Source of the DNA: a bacterium
GTDB lineage: Bacteria; Zhuqueibacterota; Zhuqueibacteria; Residuimicrobiales; Krinioviventaceae
Length of the DNA: 64,000 bases
Assembly (NCBI GenBank): GCA_963675755.2
Contig: CAXXMD010000002.1
Coordinates: 1,696,001-1,760,000, forward strand
Reading direction: 5' to 3'
Shown here in pieces: positions 10,426 to 20,100 of the stretch. Numbering within the stretch: position 1 is the first letter of the stretch; each line of letters begins with the position of its first letter. Made by a program: the position numbers and the translations under genes. The notes beneath the pieces were generated by a model. That model ran no database searches. It saw nothing but the letters and a program-made list of their open reading frames with translations, and was not told the DNA's origin.

Positions 10426-10686
10426 TTGGGTGCACCTGTGTTTAATTCAACTTTTTTTCCACATTATATACTGTTCCTGGGATTTATATTTACAACATTT
10501 AACAGCATATTCATATTTAAAACCGGCTGCTTTAACCATCCCCTGGATCGTAAAAAAACCATAGAAGGCCTGCCTGCGTATGTTGTGGCGGTTTTTCTTC
10601 TATTCTTTGGTTTATGGTGTCTGGCTACTCTCCTTCTGGCATCAAACATGAGCATATCAAGTCTTGCCAGATATTTTCATCTTTAA
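10426..10686 (+). CDS. small two-TM membrane protein, hypothetical (tandem paralog)
   Basis: Shares IFI-KTG-F--P---KK---G--AY--A--LLF--LW pattern with 10168-10410; start uncertain. Confidence 0.55.
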   Translation: MGAPVFNSTFFPHYILFLGFIFTTFNSIFIFKTGCFNHPLDRKKTIEGLPAYVVAVFLLFFGLWCLATLLLASNMSISSLARYFHL

Positions 10687-10779
10687 TTTATAATTATGAG
10701 AAGAAATAAACATTGACCCAATACCTTAATTTATTATATTAATATAGGGAGATTCATATCATCAATTAAGGGGATTCTC

Positions 10780-13389
10780 ATGAAAAAATGGTACTTGACA
10801 TTCTGTATTTATCTTTGCTTCTTACTCAATTCTTTTGCTGCCACTCTAATCGTACCCGATGATTTGGAAACAATACAAAGCGCCATAGATTCCTCAAGTA
10901 TAGGGGATACAATAGTGGTAAAACCGGGGAATTATTTTGAAAATCTGGTAATAATTAATAAAAATATCAATCTCTTTTCATTATACGAGATAGACGGTGA
11001 TACAGCCCATATAAGTAATACAATCATTGACGGGGGAAATACAAATTCAGTTCTTTCTATACAAACCGGGATCGATTCCACTTGTATTATATCAGGATTT
11101 ACAATTACGAATGGATTTCACAGAAGCGCGGGTGCCGGAATCAATCTGGTGAATGCCAGTCCTGTGATTAGAAATTGTATATTGACAAACAATGGTGATG
11201 ATTCTGACACCAGCCCCTCAGGCATTGGTGGAATATCTTGTTATCTGGCGAATCCCAAAATCCAATCTCTGATAATCACCCAAAATTACGGACCTGGGCT
11301 TTCGGCAATATACTCGAAACCTGTTATAACAGATTGCATCATCTCTAAAAATATGGGCAGTGGAATAAATTTATCAGGAACTTCTCAATTAACATGCTCA
11401 GAGACCATTATTAAGGAAAATAAAGGCTTTAGAGGTGGAGGTATTTACAGTACAAACGCAACAATGAGGCTGGACAATATAACAATTTGCAATAATGCCG
11501 CCAGTTATGGTGGAGGTATGTTTTTCACAGAGGACGCAACCATTGAATCATCAAACAATGTCAATATCTATCTCAATAAAGCATATACTGATGGAAATGA
11601 TCTGTTAGTATGGCAGTCCTCGATTTACGATACTGTTATTACCCCGATTGAGATCAATATAGATACTTTTACCGTCAAAGAGCCTGATGATTTTTTTGTA
11701 GCACCTGATTATGGATTTAATTTAAATATTGAAAATGCTAAAATAGAAAAAGTCAGTCATAACCTGTATGTTTCACCCAATGGCAGCGATCAAAATTCAG
11801 GACAAGATGCGAACCAAGCGCTAAAAAGTTTGGATTTCGCTCTGATAAAATCCAACGCAGACAGTCTGAATCCGCAAACCATTTATTTGTCATCAGGAAA
11901 ATACAGCAGTTCAACAACAGGGGAACAATTCCCTGTCAGATTACGCTCATATGTAACACTTGAAGGAGAATCAGATTCTACAACAATTCTGGATATTGAA
12001 AACCAATGGGAAACTGGAATAGTTGTTATTAATTGTGATTCAATCAGTATCTCTAATATGACTGTGCAAAATGGCTTTGAACATGGAGGAATATCTATTA
12101 AAGGATCATCTATCAAGATGAACAATCTATTCATTCATAACAATACAGGTTATACTGGTGGCGGAATTTATTTTGCAAACAGTTACCTGGAGGTTAAAAA
12201 TTTAATCGTGGCAAATAACAGTAGGGTCGTTTCTGGCTGCGGGGGTATTAAAATAGATTATTGTACCGGGTATTTAAAAAACATTTTGTTTGATTCAAAT
12301 GTTGGCGGCAACCAAAATGAAGAAGGTGGCGGCATGGCAGTCTTTAATTCTGCTTTAGAAATGGACAGTCTTGAATTTATCAATAACATTAGCGGCACCA
12401 ATGGTGGTGGCCTTTATATGTATGATTCAGATATTTCTATAAGCAATTCAACATTTGAAAATAATTCTGCCCTTTATGGCGGCGGTTTAGCTTGCGAAAA
12501 TACCAGGCTTTTACTGTCAAACACGCGGGTAACTAACAACCACGCAGAAAATGCAGGTGGCGGTTTGGTATGTTATCAATCCAGTCCCAGGCTGCATCGT
12601 GTTACTTTTGAAGGCAATACTACCGCAAATTGGGGAGCTGCAATCAGTTGTTCTGAAAATTCAAGCCCTGTACTGAGTCATGTTACAACCATTCACAATA
12701 CCGCGGACCAATATGGCGGGGGTATTTTCTGCTGGCGTGGTTCGAATCCTGTTTTGGTTAATTCCATATTATGGGATGATGTTCCTCAATCAATTGCAAT
12801 AATGCATGATGAAATAGCCTGTTCTCTTGCAGTATCTCATTCCATGATTGACAATGGCTATGAAGGAATGCTTTTTAATGATAACGATACAATAAACTGG
12901 ATGGATGGCAACATTGTGCAAGATCCATTATTTTATCAAGACGCAATTCTGTCAAAACATTCTCCCTGTATTGATGCAGGTACAACAGAGCTTATTTTCG
13001 ATTCAGATACGTTATGGATTGATAAAAACTATGACTATATAGGGACCGCTCCCGATATGGGTGCCATAGAATTTGATCCGCTAACGGATATCTCCCCTGC
13101 CCTTATACCAGAAACCTTTTCAGTACATTTATCCAGTTACCCTAATCCTTTCAATTCATCAACAATGATTGAATTTGGAATAGATAAACAGCAGGAATTG
13201 GATGTATCCATATACAATATGCTAGGCCAAAAAGTCAAACAATTGGTCAACAAAACAATGGATGCAGGAGAATATAAATTTCTCTGGGATGGTAAAAATA
13301 ATTACGGAAATGATACAAGTAGTGGTATATATTTGGTAGTGTTTACCGGAAATATCAATAAAAACATAAAAATTCTTTATCTAAAATAG
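10780..13389 (+). CDS. secreted right-handed parallel beta-helix repeat protein (DUF1565/Pmp-like repeats) with C-terminal FlgD-Ig/T9SS-like domain
   Basis: Signal peptide; VPDD..TIQSAID; repeated N-A--GGGI / F--N motifs; LYVSPNGSDQNSG; SPCIDAG, PDMGA; YPNPFN tail. Confidence 0.85.
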   Translation: MKKWYLTFCIYLCFLLNSFAATLIVPDDLETIQSAIDSSSIGDTIVVKPGNYFENLVIINKNINLFSLYEIDGDTAHISNTIIDGGNTNSVLSIQTGIDSTCIISGFTITNGFHRSAGAGINLVNASPVIRNCILTNNGDDSDTSPSGIGGISCYLANPKIQSLIITQNYGPGLSAIYSKPVITDCIISKNMGSGINLSGTSQLTCSETIIKENKGFRGGGIYSTNATMRLDNITICNNAASYGGGMFFTEDATIESSNNVNIYLNKAYTDGNDLLVWQSSIYDTVITPIEINIDTFTVKEPDDFFVAPDYGFNLNIENAKIEKVSHNLYVSPNGSDQNSGQDANQALKSLDFALIKSNADSLNPQTIYLSSGKYSSSTTGEQFPVRLRSYVTLEGESDSTTILDIENQWETGIVVINCDSISISNMTVQNGFEHGGISIKGSSIKMNNLFIHNNTGYTGGGIYFANSYLEVKNLIVANNSRVVSGCGGIKIDYCTGYLKNILFDSNVGGNQNEEGGGMAVFNSALEMDSLEFINNISGTNGGGLYMYDSDISISNSTFENNSALYGGGLACENTRLLLSNTRVTNNHAENAGGGLVCYQSSPRLHRVTFEGNTTANWGAAISCSENSSPVLSHVTTIHNTADQYGGGIFCWRGSNPVLVNSILWDDVPQSIAIMHDEIACSLAVSHSMIDNGYEGMLFNDNDTINWMDGNIVQDPLFYQDAILSKHSPCIDAGTTELIFDSDTLWIDKNYDYIGTAPDMGAIEFDPLTDISPALIPETFSVHLSSYPNPFNSSTMIEFGIDKQQELDVSIYNMLGQKVKQLVNKTMDAGEYKFLWDGKNNYGNDTSSGIYLVVFTGNINKNIKILYLK

Positions 13390-13479
13390 CAGGTTAATGC
13401 TTGTTTCCCAATACCTTTTTTAATATATTTATTCGTACACGGGTAGTTTTATATTTTCATATAAATAGAATATAATCAT

Positions 13480-15234
13480 ATGATTAGTATATCAGGCAAA
13501 AAAAGATCAATTCTGTATTTTTTATCAGCATGGAGCGTATTTCTTTTATTCAGTCTGTCTTTACTTGCAATACGCTATAATGCAACAGTCCACTCGATAA
13601 CAAACAACACCAGACTGGTCCAACAGAATGATCTGGATGATGCTGCCAGAAATATTCAATCTGTAATTAATGAGATCTCTTCTGACATTCTCTATCTATC
13701 AAAATCCAAAATAATACAAAACTATATCATTAATGGAAATCGTGAAAACATAATTCAGGATTGGATTATTTTTATCGAGGAAAATCCATACATAGATACC
13801 ATAAGATTAATAGGCACCGATGGTAAAGAAAAAATCTGTATAGAGTATAATAATGGCTTTCCAACCAGTGTACCTGATGATATTCTTGGGAATCTGTCAT
13901 CCGATCAGGAAATTGAACAAATCCTTGAATTAAAACCGGATGAAATCTATCTTTCCTCTTTTCATATCAACACTGAATTTGAACCTGAACACCCGGTTAA
14001 AAACAAAACTGCAAAAATTGCCACTTTGATTATTGATAAAAAAGGTATGTCATATGGCACTTTGATGTTTACATATCATCCCGAAAAGATAATAACCGGT
14101 ATATCTTCCAGCCTGTTTTTGTTAGACGCAAATGGTGATTATTTAATACATCCTTTGGCAGATTCAGTATGGATTAATCCAAAAGAACTCGAGGCCCCCT
14201 TTTCTTCAACCTACCCAATAGTTTGGGATTCCATAAAAACCAGTAATGCCGGAATCCTGAACATGAACGGATTTGAATATCTATACTCTACAATCCAGCA
14301 GGATCTTTATTATATTCAAAAAAAACCAGGCTCAAGAAATTCATCTATCAAAACGGGTTTAAAATTAATTTCAGTTCTCCCCAATAGGGATATTGTTTCC
14401 CAAGTAGATAATACAAAACACAGTTTTTCAATTCTTTTCTTTATTATAACCATTTTCACACTATTGATAGCTGCATTATTTACATGGATAAACCAGAGCA
14501 GAGAAAATGCCGTAGCAATGCTGCAAACAAAAGCAAACGAACTTGAAGCAAATAATAATACTAAAAACAAACTTTTTTCAATCATTGCGCATGATCTTCG
14601 TAATCCCATTGGGGGTATTAAAAACGTTCTTGAGCTTCTGGTAGACAAGAGTTTAAATATTGATGAACAAAAATCTAAAGAACTGACTGTGGAATTATTA
14701 AAATCCGCAGACATGACCTACAACCTGCTCGAAAATCTGTTGCTCTGGGCTAAAAACCAGAAAAATGAAATCAGAGTAGATTTCAAAATATTTGCTTTAA
14801 AAGATGTCATCGATGAAAATGTAAGATTTGTTGCACCAATGGCCAGGAAAAAAGAGATAGAATTAATTTCCCAGGTAAAAGGAAACTGTAAAGTCTATGC
14901 AGACCCGGATCTGACAACCACCGTTATTAGAAATTTGTTAACAAATGCATTGAAATTCACACAACCGGGTGGTTCTGTTACGATAAAAGCAAAAAAAATC
15001 AAAAAACACATCAGAACAAGTATTATAGATACGGGTGTAGGCATTAATCAAGAGGATATTGATAGCATTTTTGCTCTCAACCTCAAATCCACATATGGTA
15101 CCGCAAAAGAAAAAGGCAGTGGCTTGGGTTTGGATATTTGCAAACACTTTGTTGAACTCAATAAAGGCAATATTTGGGCAAACAGTAAAAAAGATCAAGG
15201 AAGCGAATTCCATTTTACCATACCCGTACCCTGA
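13480..15234 (+). CDS. membrane sensor histidine kinase with Cache-like periplasmic domain
   Basis: Two TM segments; SIIAHDLRNP H-box; NLLTNALKFT, DTGVG, GSGLGL. Confidence 0.9.
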   Translation: MISISGKKRSILYFLSAWSVFLLFSLSLLAIRYNATVHSITNNTRLVQQNDLDDAARNIQSVINEISSDILYLSKSKIIQNYIINGNRENIIQDWIIFIEENPYIDTIRLIGTDGKEKICIEYNNGFPTSVPDDILGNLSSDQEIEQILELKPDEIYLSSFHINTEFEPEHPVKNKTAKIATLIIDKKGMSYGTLMFTYHPEKIITGISSSLFLLDANGDYLIHPLADSVWINPKELEAPFSSTYPIVWDSIKTSNAGILNMNGFEYLYSTIQQDLYYIQKKPGSRNSSIKTGLKLISVLPNRDIVSQVDNTKHSFSILFFIITIFTLLIAALFTWINQSRENAVAMLQTKANELEANNNTKNKLFSIIAHDLRNPIGGIKNVLELLVDKSLNIDEQKSKELTVELLKSADMTYNLLENLLLWAKNQKNEIRVDFKIFALKDVIDENVRFVAPMARKKEIELISQVKGNCKVYADPDLTTTVIRNLLTNALKFTQPGGSVTIKAKKIKKHIRTSIIDTGVGINQEDIDSIFALNLKSTYGTAKEKGSGLGLDICKHFVELNKGNIWANSKKDQGSEFHFTIPVP

Positions 15235-15390
15235 AATAATTATCCAATATGTACTTTTTATCACATTAATGTAATATCTTCTTGAATACTGCAAGATAGC
15301 AAACAAAAAAAACAACAAGTTACACTAACTTTCTACAATATAATTATGGCTTATTTTTTGCTAATAAATCTATGATGTATTATTTAAAAA

Positions 15391-16917
15391 TTGCAGGTTA
15401 AAATGAATTCTGAAAAATATTATACAGATCTCTTCAACAATGCTCTGACCGGTATTTATCAAAGCTCAACTGATGGAAAATTTTTGCATGTAAATCCGGC
15501 TATGGCCAGAATTATGGGATATTCTAGTGCCAAAGAATTAATAGAATCCATTGATAATGTTCAGAATATTTATGTTTATAAAGAACAGCGACAAAAGTTA
15601 CTTGCAATAATTGACTCTGAGGGGTATGCAGAAAACTTTATTTCACAGATATATACGCAGGACAATTCAGTCATCTGGATTAGTGAAGAAGCCTGGACTA
15701 TACGTGATGAAAGCGGAACGGTTATTGGTTTCCAGGGAATGGTCAGAAATATCAGTCCCAAACGCAATCTGGATGAAAGAATGGCCAAAAAGCAAAAAGT
15801 TGCCAATCAAAATCAAAAGATGGAAGCCATCAAGACTATGGCCAGAGGTATCTCGCATGATTTTAACAACATTCTGAGTCCCATTGTTGGCTATACTGAA
15901 ATGCTGCTTGAATTCAACACCCATGATGAAAAAACAGAAAGATACCTGCAAAATATTCTCAAATCAGTAAACAAGGCATCAGACCTATCTGCACGAATCC
16001 ATACACTTGCACAACCCGCAAATTTCAAGTCCCAACCGGTTTACCTTGATGAGGTGATGGACGATGTAATGAAAAAACTTACAATTTCAATGCCCCCTAC
16101 TATCAATGTAGATATTGATATTGCGCCAGATATGCATCCGGTACTTATGGATGAAAACAATATGTATTATATTTTAATGAATTTGTGTACAAATGCATAC
16201 ATGGCGATGGCCAATAAAGGTGGTACCCTTACTGTAAAAATCCATCAGGGTGAGTTGGATGGACAATTTATAAGTGAAGAACTGTTAGACCTGGCCCCAG
16301 GTGAATTCATCATTTTACATGTTAATGATTCGGGAGTGGGTATTCCACCGCACGCTTTGGAGCGCATATTCGATCCTTATTATTCTACTCAACAAAAAGG
16401 CAAAGGCCTGGGATTATCACTATCCTATAGCCTGATCAAACAGCATGATGGAGATATCCAAATAAAGAGTAAAGAAAACAGCGGTACCAACATTACCTGT
16501 TATCTTCCAACATTTGATACCATGCTGGACAAAAAAAACAGCGCAAAACCATCAAAACACATATTACTGGTAGATGATGACAAGGACGTGTTGGATATTC
16601 AAAAAAAAATGATTGAAAAACTAGGTTATCAGGTAACTGCTTTTATAGAAAGCCCCCTGGCTTTACAAACATTCAAAGATTCGCCTGAATCCTTTGACCT
16701 GATATTAACCGATATGAACATGCCTCAAATGACCGGACTTGATTTATCAAAATCCATATTGAGCATAGATTCTCAAAAACCGATAATATTATGTACGGGC
16801 TTTAGTGACAGCGTAAACGAATCTCTGGTAAAACGAGCAGGTATTAAAAAGTTTATACTTAAACCGTTAACCACACAAAAACTGGCTAACGATCTTAAAT
16901 CTGTTTTTGAAAGTTAA
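15391..16917 (+). CDS. cytoplasmic hybrid histidine kinase (PAS-HisKA-HATPase-REC)
   Basis: PAS (VNPAMARIMGYSS); ISHDFNNIL; NLCTNA, DSGVG, GKGLGL; REC LVDDD, TDMNMPQMTG, KP; start may be ATG 15403. Confidence 0.9.
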   Translation: MQVKMNSEKYYTDLFNNALTGIYQSSTDGKFLHVNPAMARIMGYSSAKELIESIDNVQNIYVYKEQRQKLLAIIDSEGYAENFISQIYTQDNSVIWISEEAWTIRDESGTVIGFQGMVRNISPKRNLDERMAKKQKVANQNQKMEAIKTMARGISHDFNNILSPIVGYTEMLLEFNTHDEKTERYLQNILKSVNKASDLSARIHTLAQPANFKSQPVYLDEVMDDVMKKLTISMPPTINVDIDIAPDMHPVLMDENNMYYILMNLCTNAYMAMANKGGTLTVKIHQGELDGQFISEELLDLAPGEFIILHVNDSGVGIPPHALERIFDPYYSTQQKGKGLGLSLSYSLIKQHDGDIQIKSKENSGTNITCYLPTFDTMLDKKNSAKPSKHILLVDDDKDVLDIQKKMIEKLGYQVTAFIESPLALQTFKDSPESFDLILTDMNMPQMTGLDLSKSILSIDSQKPIILCTGFSDSVNESLVKRAGIKKFILKPLTTQKLANDLKSVFES

Positions 16918-17108
16918 AAATTAAATCATAAAAACATTCTACCGGTAAATTATTTTTCTTCAAACCCGGAATTTTTCTCTATATTATATAATTATAGATG
17001 ATGTTCAATTACATTTTTGTAAATCAATTATATACAATTATGTGATTCCATTCATTTATTTACCGAACCAACTAAAATAAGTACAATAAAAACAATACCG
17101 GAAAGTGC

Positions 17109-17138
17109 TTGTTTCAGTTTGTAATAACGGTATATAAT
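17109..17138 (+). promoter_or_regulatory. candidate sigma70-type promoter for the polysaccharide operon
   Basis: TTGTTT-N18-TATAAT about 60 nt upstream of ATG 17196; AT-rich context lowers specificity. Confidence 0.35.
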
Positions 17139-17195
17139 TTGCATTATACAGTTGTCTAAAACTAGAGCAAAAATAAAAAAAATCGGTAAAAATTT

Positions 17196-20100
17196 ATGAG
17201 CAGTATGCGTATTCGTCTCCCCTTTTTGTCTTTACTCTTAATCCTTTTGTATCAATCTCTTTTTTCTCAAAACCTTGGCCTTGATCCCGAAGCTAATCAA
17301 ATCAATGCAGTACGTTTTGATCCATCGTATTACTATGATTCAGATCTTGAAATCAAAGAGATGGCTCAGTCCCTGCTTCAAGCCTGGAAATCGAACGGAA
17401 TCAATACTGTATTTTACAAAGTATATGATCCTGCCTATGGTGCTAAATATGTTACTGACTATCAATTTAACATCATGGCGGATTATGGCAAACAGGATCT
17501 TTTATCACACATCATTAATGCAGCCCGTGAAACGGGTGATATGCAAATTATTGCATGGATTCCCGCGTTTCTTCATAAATCTGCCTGGGAGAACAATCCT
17601 GATTGGCGCGTTAAAAATTCAGATGGAAGCGATTACCAGCCCAATCCTGAAGATTATTTTCTCTGCCCGGCAAATGATCAGGTCCGTAGTTGGTGGATGG
17701 GTTTTATTAAAGACATTCTGGACAATTACCCAGATCTGGATGGAGTTGATATTGCAGAACCCATTGTCAAGTGGAATGACCATCGCTGCTATGGTGAGCA
17801 ATGTTCCCGATCTGAGGATCCCCTTTATACTTCAAAAGCACTTACAAAAACCTTGAATGAATCTGTTGAACTGATAAATAGCTATAATAAATTATCCTGC
17901 ATTACATCTGTCGTTACCGCAAACGCTAATGGCAGATTATTAACAATTGCTGAACAACAACTAAAATCCGGATTTTACCTGGATGGTGTATTGGATTATA
18001 AATCCCCGCCAGACTGGATCAACCTTGAATTAATGTGGCAGCAATGGGCGGATTACTATAATGCCCCCAATATTTTTACACCAGAATGGACAACAAATGC
18101 CGCTAAAACGGTTGTCAAATTTGTAGATGACCGTGCAACATTGATCGCACATCTTGAACAAACCTCATTTGGACAGATCAAGGTAGATGCTGAACAGTTG
18201 AACAATGCAATACAGTATAGCAAAGATGCAGGTATAGAACATGTAGATATTTACGATACCCATTTACTGGATGAAATGAACGCATGGTCAGTAATTAAAC
18301 CGTCTTTGGAATATGTGCCAACAAAGAATATTCTGGTATTAACGGATCCTAGTGGAGAAAATGACGCAAAACAAATTGCCAGCCTTCTCAGCCATTTTAA
18401 AACAAATATAGAATTTATCCAATTGGGTAATGATATTCAATTACCTGCTATGGACTCGTTACAAACCATATTTTATATTGGTATTGATGAAAAATTTCAG
18501 ATTCCCAATTCGGTCCTCACTGCATTGAAAAGCTTTGACGGAGATCTGTGCTGGATCAATTACGGAGTTGATCAATATATTAAAAATATTGGACTGGAAA
18601 AGACCGGTTTTTATGTAAATGCTATTCATCATGATTCATTATATCAGACAGTGCCCTTTAAAGGATATGACCTGCCCCGATTTGACCCATCTTATGTAGA
18701 AACAACCATTACTGACAGCAGTAAATGTCGCGTATTGGTTGAAATGCAGGGCAATCAAGGCAGCCTCCCTTATGTTATTAAAAGCAGTAATCTCTGGTAT
18801 TTTGCGGATTTACCGACCGCTTTTGTAACCGAAGGCGGAAGACACATTGTTATCAGTGATATGCTGCATGACATTGTAAGAGAAGACCATAAACCGAAAA
18901 AACTCGCACTGATCCGAATTGAAGATATTCATCCCATTTCAGACATAAAAGCGCTTGAACAAGTAACCGGTTACCTGAAATCTCAGGATGCACCTTATAG
19001 CATTGGTATTGTTCCCTATTACCTGGATCCTGAATCCAATTTAACAGCCACATTGAATGACATGCCGGATTTTGTTGATTTTGTGCACAAATCCATGAAA
19101 TCGGGTGCAACCATAATTATGCATGGATCAACCCATCAGTTCAGAGGTGAAACCACAGCAGATTACGAGTTCTGGGATGGTATGACCGAAGAGGTACTGT
19201 TCTCAGACTCGAAGGAATATGTAAGACAAAAGTTACTGTCAGGCTTGCAGGCATTTAAAGAAAATGGTATATATCCAATCATTTGGGAAACGCCTCATTA
19301 TGCTGCATCACAAATGGATTATGGCGTCATTAATAAGTTTTTCAATACCGCTTATGAACGCAGACAAACAGTAGATAAACATGGTTCGGATCAATTATTG
19401 CCCTATATGATTTATAATCATACTGCGGGCAACAAGATCATTCCAGAAAATTTGGGTTATATCCCTCTTGACGATCCGAATCCCGCACCCATGCTTCAAG
19501 CTGCCGAACATAATCTTGCAATTCGTGACGGAGTAGCCAGTTTCTTTTTCCACACATTTGTTGATCATAATGCTTTAAAAACCATTGTGCCCGGACTGAA
19601 AAAAATGGGTTACACGTTTACGTCTCCCCGCTATACAGCATCCAAGGTTATAGCTCCGGAATACCAGGCGCTAACCGGTGATGGTTCGATAAGCCTTACA
19701 TTAGATGGACAGTATTACCATGAATTTTATATGGACATAAAGGGCAGGAAAAAGAACGAATTTTATTCAGACTCTAGCCTGACTGAAACAATTAATAAAG
19801 ATGTCAAGGTGCCCACCGGCTGGATTTTCATTGCAGAAAAACTGGATGATAAACCCAAAGGACTGTTTGCAAGAGCAGTTAGTACAATAACACCCAATGT
19901 TCCCGAACTTTCTGAAACCATCTTTAACACAAACTCAAAATCATTAATAGATGAAGGTTCTTTTCCAATAAGTGCCGGAATTATTGTTGATTCTACCGCA
20001 ACAGGCCCTGCGGGTATTTCACAAAACAATCTGATCAAATCATTACAGGTAGTTGGCATTGATGTACAAATTTTACCTTTTGAAAACCTGATAGAGATTC

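Noticed and set aside
16918-17195. c-di-GMP riboswitch upstream of the EPS operon
   Set aside because: No GEMM-type GGCAAA..GAAA..GACGCAAA signature is visible and the region is very AT-rich; an Infernal scan would be definitive.
17275-17856. 193-aa alternative-frame ORF inside the 1656-aa gene (also 41077-41622 inside the ArnT-like gene)
   Set aside because: Same-strand off-frame ORFs without SD or motifs; the main frames are intact, so no frameshift is needed.
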